A model generated the notes under the pieces. It was not told the DNA's origin. It did not search any database and was given only the letters and a program-made list of their open reading frames with translations. A program made the translations under genes and the position numbers. Shown in pieces: positions 37,701 to 44,893 of a stretch of 57,015 nucleotides of DNA (within the stretch, counting starts at the first letter, position 1; every line of letters starts with the position of its first letter). The stretch lies in the IMG/VR virus record IMGVR_UViG_3300046170_000256, one strand, 5' to 3'. The DNA comes from a virus.

Positions 37701-39452
37701 ATGAAGAACGTAGCCCAGCAACGTATCACTCGGGACATGCAGAAGATGGGCATCGCCCGTCAAGTTAGCCTCAAGAAAAAACGCGGGCCAACCGACATTG
37801 AGTTCAAGGTAAACGGCAATCTTGTGCGCTTTGAGCTAGATGACACCCTTATCTACGACTCGATGACCACGCAGGGGGCGGGCTACGTTGAGCAAGCGGC
37901 CACTAAGTATCTCGGCATGCCATCCAACGTACTCCGAGAGCTTATCACCAGAGACCCCGGCTTTATGATAGCCAACATGATGAGAGATACCCTCTCCACA
38001 TGGACCACATCTGGCGCATCGTTCGCCCCTGTCATAGGCACGGTGAAAGGATTAGGCGATGGGATTGAGCGGTTGGAGAAGCTCGGTGTTGTGGGCGGCT
38101 ATGATTTTGCAATAGACAAGAAGGACATCGTTAAGTTCTACGAAGCGGAGAACAAGAGACGCACAGAGTCTATGACTCCACTTAACATGTTCACACGAAT
38201 ATGGGACTGGGCTGGCAACGCAACCACTGCATCCGACGCCTCTACCCGTAACGCTGTATACAATGACGTTTTAGCTAGGACAGGCAGTGAGGCAGAGGCC
38301 GCGTTCCAAGCTATGGAGATTATTAACTTTGCACGAAGAGGCTCTAATCCGTTTGCGCGTGTGCTGACAGCGGCAATACCATTCCTTAACGCACGATTCC
38401 AAGGCTTGGATGTATTTGTACGCTCGGCAACAGGTAACTACACCACGCGCAGGGATGAGCCGGCAAGCGCGGGCCAGCTAAGGCTAGCCTATCGTGGTGC
38501 AATCTTGGTAGGGCTGACATCACTCTACTACTTACTTGTCAGTGATGAAGACTGGTACAACGAGCAAGACGAGCACGTCAGAGAGTTAAACTGGCTGGTA
38601 CCTACTGCCAGCGGTGTGCCTTTTAAATTCCCGATTCCGTTTGAAGTTGGCTTGATATTTAAGACTATCCCAGAGGCGGTACTAGCGAAAAGGTATGGTG
38701 ACCAGTCAAGCAGAGAGCTTAGGCAGACGCTACAACGAGGGCTGGTATCAACGCTGGAGGTAAACCCTCTGGGAATCCAAGCGGTTGCCCCGCTGGTTGA
38801 AGTTGCATTTAATCATAACTCGTTTACTGGACGCCCCATCGTTCCATACTATGTGGATGCAGATGGTGGCATGACCGCAGGCTTGACAGGTGGTGAGTAC
38901 AACACGCAGATGGCCAAAGACTTGGGCGAGAAGTTGAACATTAGCCCCATGAAGATTGATCACATACTCTCTGGTTACACAGGCACCCTTGGCGCTTACG
39001 TTATTTCTGCGGTTGACGCGGCATACCGTCAGGTAGCGGGTGGTGAAGACAAGCGACCCTCCAAGACTGTCTTTGAGTACCCAGTAGTTAAAAGGTTCTT
39101 TGCCCCGAAAGAAGGCTCAGGTCTCAGGACGGATGCGTATGAGCTATACAATGACGTGAAGGAAGTGGTCACTACGGTCAACGCCTTGCAGAAAGCAGGG
39201 CGTGTGGATGAGCTAGAAGCCTACCTGTCAGCGCGGCAACACATGCTTGACTTAAAAGGCCCAGTGTATAACATCAAGCGATCACTTGATCGGCTGAGAG
39301 AAGATAAGCGGGCAATCACTAGGACTGACATGGACCCCGAGGTAAAGGATCGTATGATCGAAGACTTGGACGCTCAAATGAATGAGCACCTAAAGGTTAT
39401 CCCGAGGCTCAAGGAGCTAGCCGACGCTCCATTCTTTCAAGGTACATTCTAG
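31767..39452 (+). CDS. Giant polyvalent virion protein (2561 aa)
   Basis: GTG start. HEILH zincin motif (34173-34187), YYHGT...GHF...DFE ART-like region, VHDYFGH domain, recurring (I/M)(M/F)FSLR linkers, hydrophobic C-terminal third. Confidence 0.7.
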   Translation: MDVSLPNGQLITNVPDDISQKELARIAIDGNLAVESDFGDLFADDTTFLGSVGEAGKRLVGGLATGTARVGTGLAELIPGVDDEAAREVQSDFDAFVADTLGYDPAYDDNYGAQLGGVVGEMGPMVASLFLPGGLPARATQLATMIGPAVSEGGADRAEYEERTGEALSTAERLTAKGADVGLGMLERLGIPTRILKGLPRGFFDTPQANPILRRMESMIASGLQEGVQEVGQGIARDIATLAIYDPDRKIADSVMDDFTLGGGAGAVLDLAIGLAQTPLKGRKGRAPKPIEDMTEEEIADEQRLRANEDAGEQARREGLDATLEAEGAEEVPSDIGEDPIDPTLVDATLPVEEIAGQVVTRLGSRLPVGKVFSVGSLDNQSFAEVDGEQFGPVFDDPVLAQELSNRLTGASQELAKSAQVEYLVENSGIEYTEQQADEVRRLGRSIPSPQERIISAEDANLATGKDIARVINRQQADRGEAESLTFTLEEVRAANRGDLGNLGDVLAAKDADFLAFGAPEQATPTTAPDPTRPRQPALGRQQALQSLSSSFDNPLSSERVMEDLLAQKRIAASIDSEAFRGMVKRIIGKVPSKKNPLSNLSANERRYLYHRIRKLPSFQEQATQIPDFSAKTPDGELVRIARRQIEVEQPSRLAVEAAAFGQTGQLPAQAELNRVEAEAQRTARPIERAEESVPEGQELVPYDLDQSALGQQLRDALKKFGIDDQYATRMVEQVGTAKRDSAGNIYIDPLKNRPVDKDGKAAMVAGSAQAGAKVIQVGLDAVMADVNAGMSYEQAVAKIMNHEILHALRAMDLFTASEYSLLERLSRKYQKPGEGKTYGQWAVDSYGDISAVRTQEEAIAEMISDALTTGVVMDGDVRKPTGKPRSIFNKIINFFKGLVGVAQDNDVASFKELVDKVQSGAVGRRERGVIRTPLYTEVKAKEVAERGITREDIGLETGKRGRPLTARQVINKVRQDLDDAPEVVDESMFSLRLDRAADQGFDTSTVYYHGTASPSIKQFRSRIPNAKGVIAGHFTLNPEFASGFVPLISLKGEAGTVYPVFLRVNNTFDYRNPEMMDAVLQEVAKGRNGGGHKTASDLLRSKVSTFEFTEQEILDSGDLAVEKADAILSRRKGNDKFFARKGQSKLAKRLNFEDLEKLAPFIQAAGFDSYLDFETVGTASRPTDPTGIAVFDASNVKGVFAEYDPTSVPEGAKYEDDIMFSLRRLEGMPEAFDVDGQSVEFGYHQPAVDAARRYAEKAGMGYEPLTQYAPIDQKMASKIAAEYDLMEDAPNDPEVKAAYNAMIDETLAQYEEILRSGLNVQFIKGDDPYGNPRNAILDVINNNRMYVFSTRDGYGMDGITQQDLASNPMLRETPYRTADGDPMLANDVFRVVHDYFGHIKNGVGFRARGEENAWQSHAAMYSTLARRAMTSETRGQNSWVNFGPDAAFNAKANGADTIYADQKVGLLPLWVSEEARQSDPRRSDSSVFQEGLEGAIDASGKLQLSHFSGKRIARTDPKMAGRGADRGRRYAPEGTYFGIVKATEDGYRNEAVVGNVESTFSVDPLLVYPLNTDPYGLVATNPDGNLNWDNTLAALNNAGYIGFRVNDKRIGKVVFVNQPLISDESVAVSSKPITKDTQTKVLSPRQTITPEQADKAVDKNIASIAENVKGVPRFSVKASPDAQYIAQNPEAALEPDEPLFSVRGDIPAVDRLTRGPEREAPNGRVFMDATNTGSLGTILTKLKAGALFRYAALEKYYQKVPELRELQAESSAIAAALFSDRSKGILASAVKYGVPVYRDGLTRVEEFTHDGDTYRGLIGVMSLIYNKDVGDLRKIAQAYAMVKRGDYLSARGQLTPVDAKTKREILAEVESLTDADGYNPVKKWHDTWSAYNEKTIDFLKATGVLNEDTAEVWKKSSYIPFYRTGVSEDALPQVAKSVFGDMTRMKEFVAYQGSEKAVDVGLIESVVLNMSAAVDMGMKNVAQQRITRDMQKMGIARQVSLKKKRGPTDIEFKVNGNLVRFELDDTLIYDSMTTQGAGYVEQAATKYLGMPSNVLRELITRDPGFMIANMMRDTLSTWTTSGASFAPVIGTVKGLGDGIERLEKLGVVGGYDFAIDKKDIVKFYEAENKRRTESMTPLNMFTRIWDWAGNATTASDASTRNAVYNDVLARTGSEAEAAFQAMEIINFARRGSNPFARVLTAAIPFLNARFQGLDVFVRSATGNYTTRRDEPASAGQLRLAYRGAILVGLTSLYYLLVSDEDWYNEQDEHVRELNWLVPTASGVPFKFPIPFEVGLIFKTIPEAVLAKRYGDQSSRELRQTLQRGLVSTLEVNPLGIQAVAPLVEVAFNHNSFTGRPIVPYYVDADGGMTAGLTGGEYNTQMAKDLGEKLNISPMKIDHILSGYTGTLGAYVISAVDAAYRQVAGGEDKRPSKTVFEYPVVKRFFAPKEGSGLRTDAYELYNDVKEVVTTVNALQKAGRVDELEAYLSARQHMLDLKGPVYNIKRSLDRLREDKRAITRTDMDPEVKDRMIEDLDAQMNEHLKVIPRLKELADAPFFQGTF

Positions 39453-39463
39453 CGAGGCTTGGA

Positions 39464-40618
39464 ATGGAGTATAAAAAGTATGCGCTGACACCATCTCAAA
39501 TGGTGGTGGCAAATCTACTGGATGCGGGCCACAGCAAGGCTCAGATAGCCGTCAAGCTGAAGATAGCCGAGCGCAACGTCTACAAGATGCAAGAGCGCAT
39601 CAGGTTCAACGCAATCAAGCGAGGGTACAGTCCCGAGCATGACATGAACCACACCGTACCAGAGGGGTTCAAGGTCAAGGGCGTCTCAACCTACTACAAC
39701 GATGACGGCCAGCCCACCGCTCAGTGGGTTAAATCAGCCTCAGATGAAGTGCAGAGGGCAGAGGCACTGCTCAACGCCATTGAGTCTGCATCGTCCGCGT
39801 TCCCGAAGTTCAAGCCCATCAAGGCTCCCACTCAGTCAGACGAGAATCTGGCATCGCTGTTAACAATCACCGACTTTCACCTTGGCATGAAGGCATGGAA
39901 GGATTCGGATGGCGATAACTGGGATGTCAAGATAGCGCGTGACGTATTCTTAAATGCTATTCACGACATGATATATGCAAGCCCTAAGTCTGGTGTCGGC
40001 ATACTTAATCAGTTGGGTGACTTCCTGCACTGGGATGGACTTGCTCAGGTTACCCCTACGTCTGGACATCAACTCACCGGGGACGACCGCTACTCTAAAC
40101 TTGTTGAGCTTAGTATTTCGGTGATGACCGAAGCAGTTCAACTCATGTTAAAGAAGTTCGGCAAAGTTATTGTGGTACAGGCCGAGGGTAATCACGACCT
40201 TGCGTCCAGTGTATGGATGAGGAAGTTCATCAAGCACTCATTTGAGAACGAACCTAGAGTAGAAGTCATTGACAATGAGTTCCCCTACTACGCATACCAA
40301 CACGGCAATATCATGCTTGGCTTTCACCACGGCCACAAGATGAGAATGGCACAGCTACAGAAGCTATTTGCATCAGAGCCTCGCTTCCGAAAGATCTGGG
40401 GTGACTGTCACCACGCATACATACACTGCGGACACCTACACCATGAGCGTGTGCTTGATGATGCAGGCGCCACTATCGAACAGCACCCGACCCTTGCCGC
40501 CCGAGATAATTACAGCAGTTCCAATGGTTATGTAAGCCAGCGTGGTGCTAAGATGATTACTTATGACAAGTCAGACGGAGAGGTCCATCGGGTAACAGTG
40601 AGGCCAAGGCATGACTAA
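39464..40618 (+). CDS. LuxR/GerE-type HTH fused to a calcineurin-like metallophosphoesterase
   Basis: LTPSQMVVANLLDAGHSKAQIAVKLKIAERNV, then DFH, GDFLH, GNHD, HHGH and GHLHH motifs in canonical order. Confidence 0.7.
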   Translation: MEYKKYALTPSQMVVANLLDAGHSKAQIAVKLKIAERNVYKMQERIRFNAIKRGYSPEHDMNHTVPEGFKVKGVSTYYNDDGQPTAQWVKSASDEVQRAEALLNAIESASSAFPKFKPIKAPTQSDENLASLLTITDFHLGMKAWKDSDGDNWDVKIARDVFLNAIHDMIYASPKSGVGILNQLGDFLHWDGLAQVTPTSGHQLTGDDRYSKLVELSISVMTEAVQLMLKKFGKVIVVQAEGNHDLASSVWMRKFIKHSFENEPRVEVIDNEFPYYAYQHGNIMLGFHHGHKMRMAQLQKLFASEPRFRKIWGDCHHAYIHCGHLHHERVLDDAGATIEQHPTLAARDNYSSSNGYVSQRGAKMITYDKSDGEVHRVTVRPRHD

Positions 40619-40901
40619 AATTGTAACACTAACCAAAAAGCCTACGATGTTTGAAGAGGTTAGCGAGATGCTTGAGGCTTTTGTTGAGTCGATAACGGAC
40701 GCAGAGACCGGTGAGGCGTCGGGGGTCTGCAATGATTTGTCTTGTGTGGTGTTGATGTACCGGACTAATGACGGTGACGTGACATTTGAGTGCACCACCA
40801 ACGCCACCCCCGAGAGTGTCGGAATGATGGCGGCGGCAGTTCACATGGCCTGCTTATATGAGATGGCTCCTTATGATGACGGTGACGAAACAGTTCACTG
40901 A
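40611..40901 (+). CDS. Small acidic protein
   Basis: 96-aa ORF overlapping the upstream stop. Last gene of the rightward operon. Confidence 0.5.
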   Translation: MTKIVTLTKKPTMFEEVSEMLEAFVESITDAETGEASGVCNDLSCVVLMYRTNDGDVTFECTTNATPESVGMMAAAVHMACLYEMAPYDDGDETVH

Positions 40902-41605
40902 CGCAGGCTAAAGGTAGCCACAATCACCATGCGCCCGCCCTCTTCCTTGCTCGGCAATAAGTTATAGTGATAACGAGATCCATCCATAATAATCACTTTA
41001 TTTTCTGCTGGAGTAATCTTCGCTCCGACGGTGGTATCTTCCAGTTGAACAAAGCTTTCTGACCCCCCCTCACTCTCGCTCAGGTCACTCGCCCTTTCAT
41101 TACAAATCACAGTATCTCCAGTGCAGTTATTCAAATATATCAACATGCCTACATGTGGGAATGTGTGGTCAGTGTGCGGGCTAGCGAGGAATGGGCTGTG
41201 CCTTGTTAGGTTTGCCCCGCCTCTGTATAGGTCGCCTAGCCTCATGTCATTGTGCTTTAAGATGTCTCGTACAACCATCTTTAATTGATACCCCAAAGGA
41301 CTGATCACTTGGCCCTTTACTGGGGTGCGGTCTAGCTCATTTCTCCCCACCAGTGTCTTGGTAAACTGCAATGAGTCCAGATATGACTTGTCCCACATCA
41401 GCCTCTGATCATCTGGAAAGGGGGTGGGTAACTTAGCCTCCCAATTACTATGTAACTGAGAAGCTAAATTATCTTTTATTATTGACGGAGATGTCATTGC
41501 TGGGCCGAACATCACTGGTTGCTCAACAAAGCAAAGCTTCCTCTTTAAGTCTAGGTACTGGGGAGTGCATGGATTTTCAAGCTCGGCATATATAGATTCG
41601 TTCAC
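40895..41605 (-). CDS. Probable 2OG-Fe(II)/cupin-type oxygenase
   Basis: SPHTDH...GMLIYLN...RYHYN...RMVIVATF. Start set to GTG 41605 (AAGGGGA SD), 2 nt after the upstream stop. Confidence 0.45.
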   Translation of the reverse strand: MNESIYAELENPCTPQYLDLKRKLCFVEQPVMFGPAMTSPSIIKDNLASQLHSNWEAKLPTPFPDDQRLMWDKSYLDSLQFTKTLVGRNELDRTPVKGQVISPLGYQLKMVVRDILKHNDMRLGDLYRGGANLTRHSPFLASPHTDHTFPHVGMLIYLNNCTGDTVICNERASDLSESEGGSESFVQLEDTTVGAKITPAENKVIIMDGSRYHYNLLPSKEEGGRMVIVATFSLRQ

Positions 41606-41607
41606 GT

Positions 41608-42336
41608 CTATCCCCTTATCGCCGAAACCCATCCGGTTACGATGTATTTTTCGCCATTGAGAGGGGGAAGTCCGCGATGAACATGAGTCCAGCCAGCGGG
41701 CCATATCACCATGCGGCCTTCAGTAGGTGCTTCCCTTCGCTTCTGATAGAGCCATTCGGTTTCCCCTCCATCAAAATCATCATTTAAGTACAGCATATAA
41801 GCAAGAACCCTTTTCCCCACGCCATAACCTGCATCCTCGCAGTGCCAAGCGTGATACCCCTCGGTAGGTTTTGTCCGTTGAATGTTAGGGCAGTCTAGGT
41901 TCAGTGCGTAGCCAGATAACCCCTCAAACTGATCTATATACTGAGCCAAGCACTGGCTAATAAGTTCGTTTAAGCTTCGCAAATGGCCATAAAAAGCAAC
42001 TGCATCAATGGGGACATTTGGTGAGGTTATGTACTCTATGCTATCAGGACTTAGGGTGACCATGCTATCTGTCCTTGAAAATGGCATATAGCCATCGCCG
42101 CCTCCCATGTGGGATCTTTGTTTATTATCTTCTGGATCTGCACCAAATGACCTTCTGGGAATAGTCGCACCTAAGCTGTTGCACAGGTTCCAGTAATCTA
42201 TAAGCTCTTGACCGTCATAGGATGTATCCCACATCCCGATAAAATCATCGTATGAGGCAGATGGTCCTGTAAAAAACACCTCCTCATTTGCCCGTCCTCT
42301 TCTAGGATTTTCCTGCTCCATTAAGACCTCATCCAT
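41608..42336 (-). CDS. 2OG-Fe(II) oxygenase, prolyl-4-hydroxylase-like
   Basis: WHCEDAG...RVLAYMLYLNDDFDGGETEW...GRMVIWPAGWTHVHRG...KYIVTGWV. Confidence 0.65.
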   Translation of the reverse strand: MDEVLMEQENPRRGRANEEVFFTGPSASYDDFIGMWDTSYDGQELIDYWNLCNSLGATIPRRSFGADPEDNKQRSHMGGGDGYMPFSRTDSMVTLSPDSIEYITSPNVPIDAVAFYGHLRSLNELISQCLAQYIDQFEGLSGYALNLDCPNIQRTKPTEGYHAWHCEDAGYGVGKRVLAYMLYLNDDFDGGETEWLYQKRREAPTEGRMVIWPAGWTHVHRGLPPLNGEKYIVTGWVSAIRG

Positions 42337-42354
42337 CTAAGTTAATCCCTTTAC

Positions 42355-42459
42355 TTAAAGTAGGTTGCCCCAATCTAGAATAAGAATTACCGCAGAGACT
42401 GCGGTGGTTATGCCTAGCGCGTACCAGTATTCTGCTGGTGGTTCAGTTCCCTGTTTCAT
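42355..42459 (-). CDS. Unlisted 34-aa single-TM micro-ORF (MKQGTEPPAEYWYALGITTAVSAVILILDWGNLL)
   Basis: Hand translation. AGGAGG SD 5 nt upstream of the ATG at 42459. Confidence 0.4.
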   Translation of the reverse strand: MKQGTEPPAEYWYALGITTAVSAVILILDWGNLL

Positions 42460-42670
42460 TGGCACCTCCTGCCGATAATATTCCTACCGCCCCTACCTTC
42501 TTCATTATCAGTGACAAGTCAGCCTGATTCTCTAGTGACATTCGCTGTACATCAGCGATCATAGACTCAATATCCTCCAGCCGGCCAGTCATCTCGTCCA
42601 CAAAGCGATCAATCGAAACGATAAGATCGTGGTAGGCGTCCCCTTCTAGCGTAACCTTTATGCTACTCAC
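42443..42670 (-). CDS. Small coiled-coil protein
   Basis: GTG 42670 follows GGAGGGAAGGA and overlaps the upstream stop. The longer ATG ORF reaches 42706. Confidence 0.45.
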   Translation of the reverse strand: MSSIKVTLEGDAYHDLIVSIDRFVDEMTGRLEDIESMIADVQRMSLENQADLSLIMKKVGAVGILSAGGANETGN

Positions 42671-43091
42671 TCCTTCCCTCCTCTGCCGGTGGCACATAGA
42701 AGCCAACCTCGGCGGCTATCCTGCACAACGCCTCAATAAGTTCAGAGTAGTCGTGCTTGTTTGCATCGTTGCTTCGCTTCGCTGGGCGCCTGCGTAAACC
42801 AAACTTAGTCGAGTGCTCGGTTGAACCATAGCACTGACACAGCATTTCTTCGTGCATCTCATCGGGCGTCATGCCACAGAACCTAGCAAACTCACCACAC
42901 CACTTACGATAATAGTTCTCTTGGGGGCGAGAGCGCCCTGCCCTCATTGGTTTTATCTCGACCACGACGCCTTCTGGTGCCTGCTTATTAACATCAACAA
43001 GCTCGGGCATCTTCTCTGGAAACGCAGAGGACAGGTACTGGAACATGCTTATCAGTTCGATAGACTTTTTACGCGGTATTGGAATTAACAT
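42663..43091 (-). CDS. NinB/Orf-like recombination mediator (tentative)
   Basis: VVVEIKPMRAGRSRPQENYYRKWCGEFA... and ...YSELIEALCRIAAEVGFYVP parallel lambda NinB landmarks. AAGGAG SD. Confidence 0.4.
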   Translation of the reverse strand: MLIPIPRKKSIELISMFQYLSSAFPEKMPELVDVNKQAPEGVVVEIKPMRAGRSRPQENYYRKWCGEFARFCGMTPDEMHEEMLCQCYGSTEHSTKFGLRRRPAKRSNDANKHDYSELIEALCRIAAEVGFYVPPAEEGRSE

Positions 43092-43287
43092 GCTCTCTCT
43101 CCTTTGCTTGATATGGCCTGTAAAAATACAGCGGGCAGTTCACTGAGGTGCAGTTGCGAACACACTCACGAAACCCCTGCTCGATATGATCTTTGGTACA
43201 CCCCATGCAGTGTGCACACATGGCTTTGATGGCTCTCTGCCTAGTCATCTTCTTGTCTAGAGCTAAGATTGGATTAAGGTAACTCAT
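43069..43287 (-). CDS. Small Cys-rich (zinc-finger-like) protein
   Basis: 72 aa with CAHCMGC...C..C.S..CP. Confidence 0.5.
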   Translation of the reverse strand: MSYLNPILALDKKMTRQRAIKAMCAHCMGCTKDHIEQGFRECVRNCTSVNCPLYFYRPYQAKEREHVNSNTA

Positions 43288-43604
43288 GGCTCATACCCCT
43301 TCACGGTAATGATGCCTTGATCTACACGGCGCAACAGCGTCTGTGCAATCAAGTATAAAAACTGTTCACTTAGGTCTATCTTCTTTTCAAAACTAGACCC
43401 GTCATAACCCACGTCGAATGAGTGGTGGCACTTGTAACAAAGGTCAGCAATCATAAGATCGTGACACTTAATACCCTTCCCCTTGCCAAGCAAGTGCCCT
43501 CGTAAACCGGTGTAGTGAGCGGAAACAATGGTGCCATCAGAGACACCACAGTTCACACAAGACTGATCTCTCGCACCAGCCAGCATCGGCTTACTTCTAA
43601 CCAT
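43284..43604 (-). CDS. YbcO/DUF1364-like zinc-binding putative nuclease
   Basis: AGARDQSCVNCG...VSAHY.GL...GKGKGIKCHD...LCYKCH parallels E. coli YbcO. Confidence 0.5.
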   Translation of the reverse strand: MVRSKPMLAGARDQSCVNCGVSDGTIVSAHYTGLRGHLLGKGKGIKCHDLMIADLCYKCHHSFDVGYDGSSFEKKIDLSEQFLYLIAQTLLRRVDQGIITVKGYEP

Positions 43605-43936
43605 CAGAAAGGCCAGTCATCGTCAGGTGCAGGGATGGGTTCAGGCGCGGACACTACCTGTGAATAGTCAGGAGCAGGAGGGGCAGACGCTTTCTCTGGG
43701 TCAAAGGCGGCTTCTGCTGAAACATAAAAATATTCTTTGCCATTCTCCTTGTCCTTCCTATTCCATGAAGCCAGCTTGAGCTTAGGCTCTTGGCCTGACT
43801 TGCCCATCGCAATCAGATTCTTCATCTGAGCAGATGATATCTTGACGTTGCCAGTCCAGTCGGGGTGGCTTTGCTTTTCCTTATACTGGTTTGCCCACAG
43901 GCCACCTTCAGTTTTAGGGTACTTGTCGTTACTCAT
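43604..43936 (-). CDS. SSB-like protein with acidic C-terminal tip
   Basis: 110 aa ending PAPDDDWPF (compare bacterial SSB DDDIPF). Next to the annealase. Confidence 0.5.
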   Translation of the reverse strand: MSNDKYPKTEGGLWANQYKEKQSHPDWTGNVKISSAQMKNLIAMGKSGQEPKLKLASWNRKDKENGKEYFYVSAEAAFDPEKASAPPAPDYSQVVSAPEPIPAPDDDWPF

Positions 43937-44694
43937 GCCGCTTGCTCCTGTAGTTTAGCTTTAAGTGCACTAAGGTGATCTTTCAACTTAGCGTATTGCT
44001 CTGGATACTGGCTGTCTAACAGGTCTATTACCTGCTTATTGTCGCCATAGAATTCTTTGAGTTGCTGGAAGGACTCGGAAGCAAATTGATCTACGGCACC
44101 GATAAGGAATGTCACCACGTTAGCGGCTTCCTCTGCGTCACCTATCGACGAAGGCTTATTCACACCAAAGCTGGCGTCAACGACAGCCTGCTGTTCGGCA
44201 GTTGGCTGGGCGTTCGGCTTTGCTTGTGGCTTCTTAGCAGGAGCAGGCTTCTTCTCCGTCTTCTTCTCAGGCTCAGGCTCTGGATCATCGGGGCCGCTAG
44301 GCAAATCTTCACCAGCGTAGATGTAATGCCCCAGCCCAAACATGCCAATGCACTTTGTAAGGCACCGCATTCTGGTGTCGGATATCTTCCGAAGATCAGG
44401 GTTCTTCATGGCGTTATTCTTGTAGTCCATCACCGGCAACCACATCACCCTCTCAAGCTCCCCGATCTTCACCTTGCACCACACCTCGACGTGACCAAGC
44501 TCATCTCTCGCCTCATCGAAAAATTCATAGGTAGCCTGCGGGTAGTGCTCCATCAGCGCACCCCAAGCCCAAGCCCAAGACAGGTAGCTCAACCCACCTT
44601 TGGACTTCTTGTGATCATTGACATCAACCTTGGATAAAGTATCCCAGACTGCTTGATATGAAGGCTCACTGGAACCAGCGTTTTTTGTGCTCAT
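43933..44694 (-). CDS. Rad52/Sak (DUF1071)-like single-strand annealing protein
   Basis: GGLSYLSWAWAWGALMEHYPQATYEF...VMWLPVMDYKNNAM. AGGAG SD. Confidence 0.6.
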   Translation of the reverse strand: MSTKNAGSSEPSYQAVWDTLSKVDVNDHKKSKGGLSYLSWAWAWGALMEHYPQATYEFFDEARDELGHVEVWCKVKIGELERVMWLPVMDYKNNAMKNPDLRKISDTRMRCLTKCIGMFGLGHYIYAGEDLPSGPDDPEPEPEKKTEKKPAPAKKPQAKPNAQPTAEQQAVVDASFGVNKPSSIGDAEEAANVVTFLIGAVDQFASESFQQLKEFYGDNKQVIDLLDSQYPEQYAKLKDHLSALKAKLQEQAA

Positions 44695-44893
44695 TACTTA
44701 CTCCTAGTTGTTTCCAAATTTCATTCGCCGTCATCTTGTAAAACTCAGCCCCATTAATATTGCCAATGTGCTTGTCGTTTAACCAGAATGACAGTTCATT
44801 CCCATGAATATTTATTTTTAGATTCTGCTTAGATTGTTGCATCATACCGACCACCTTCCGATAGAAGTCGGGGTCACTTCCGAGCGGGTTCAT
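44666..44893 (-). CDS. Hypothetical small protein
   Basis: 75-aa ORF coupled to the nuclease gene. Confidence 0.45.
   Translation of the reverse strand: MNPLGSDPDFYRKVVGMMQQSKQNLKINIHGNELSFWLNDKHIGNINGAEFYKMTANEIWKQLGVSNEHKKRWFQ

Noticed and set aside
31767-39452. Idea that the giant protein is a virion RNA polymerase (N4 or crAss style)
   Set aside because: I looked for DxDGD (only MDGD, ADGD and HDGD without the first Asp) and for T7-like motifs A, B and C. Only HDYFGH vaguely resembles motif C, and the flanking distances and residues do not fit. The CCC-TAT-GGG mini-hairpins are too short to count as N4-type hairpin promoters.
44062-44637. 191-aa plus-strand ORF opposite the annealase gene
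   Set aside because: It is antisense to a gene with clear family motifs and a strong SD. The product is Leu/Arg-rich and typical of an antisense frame.
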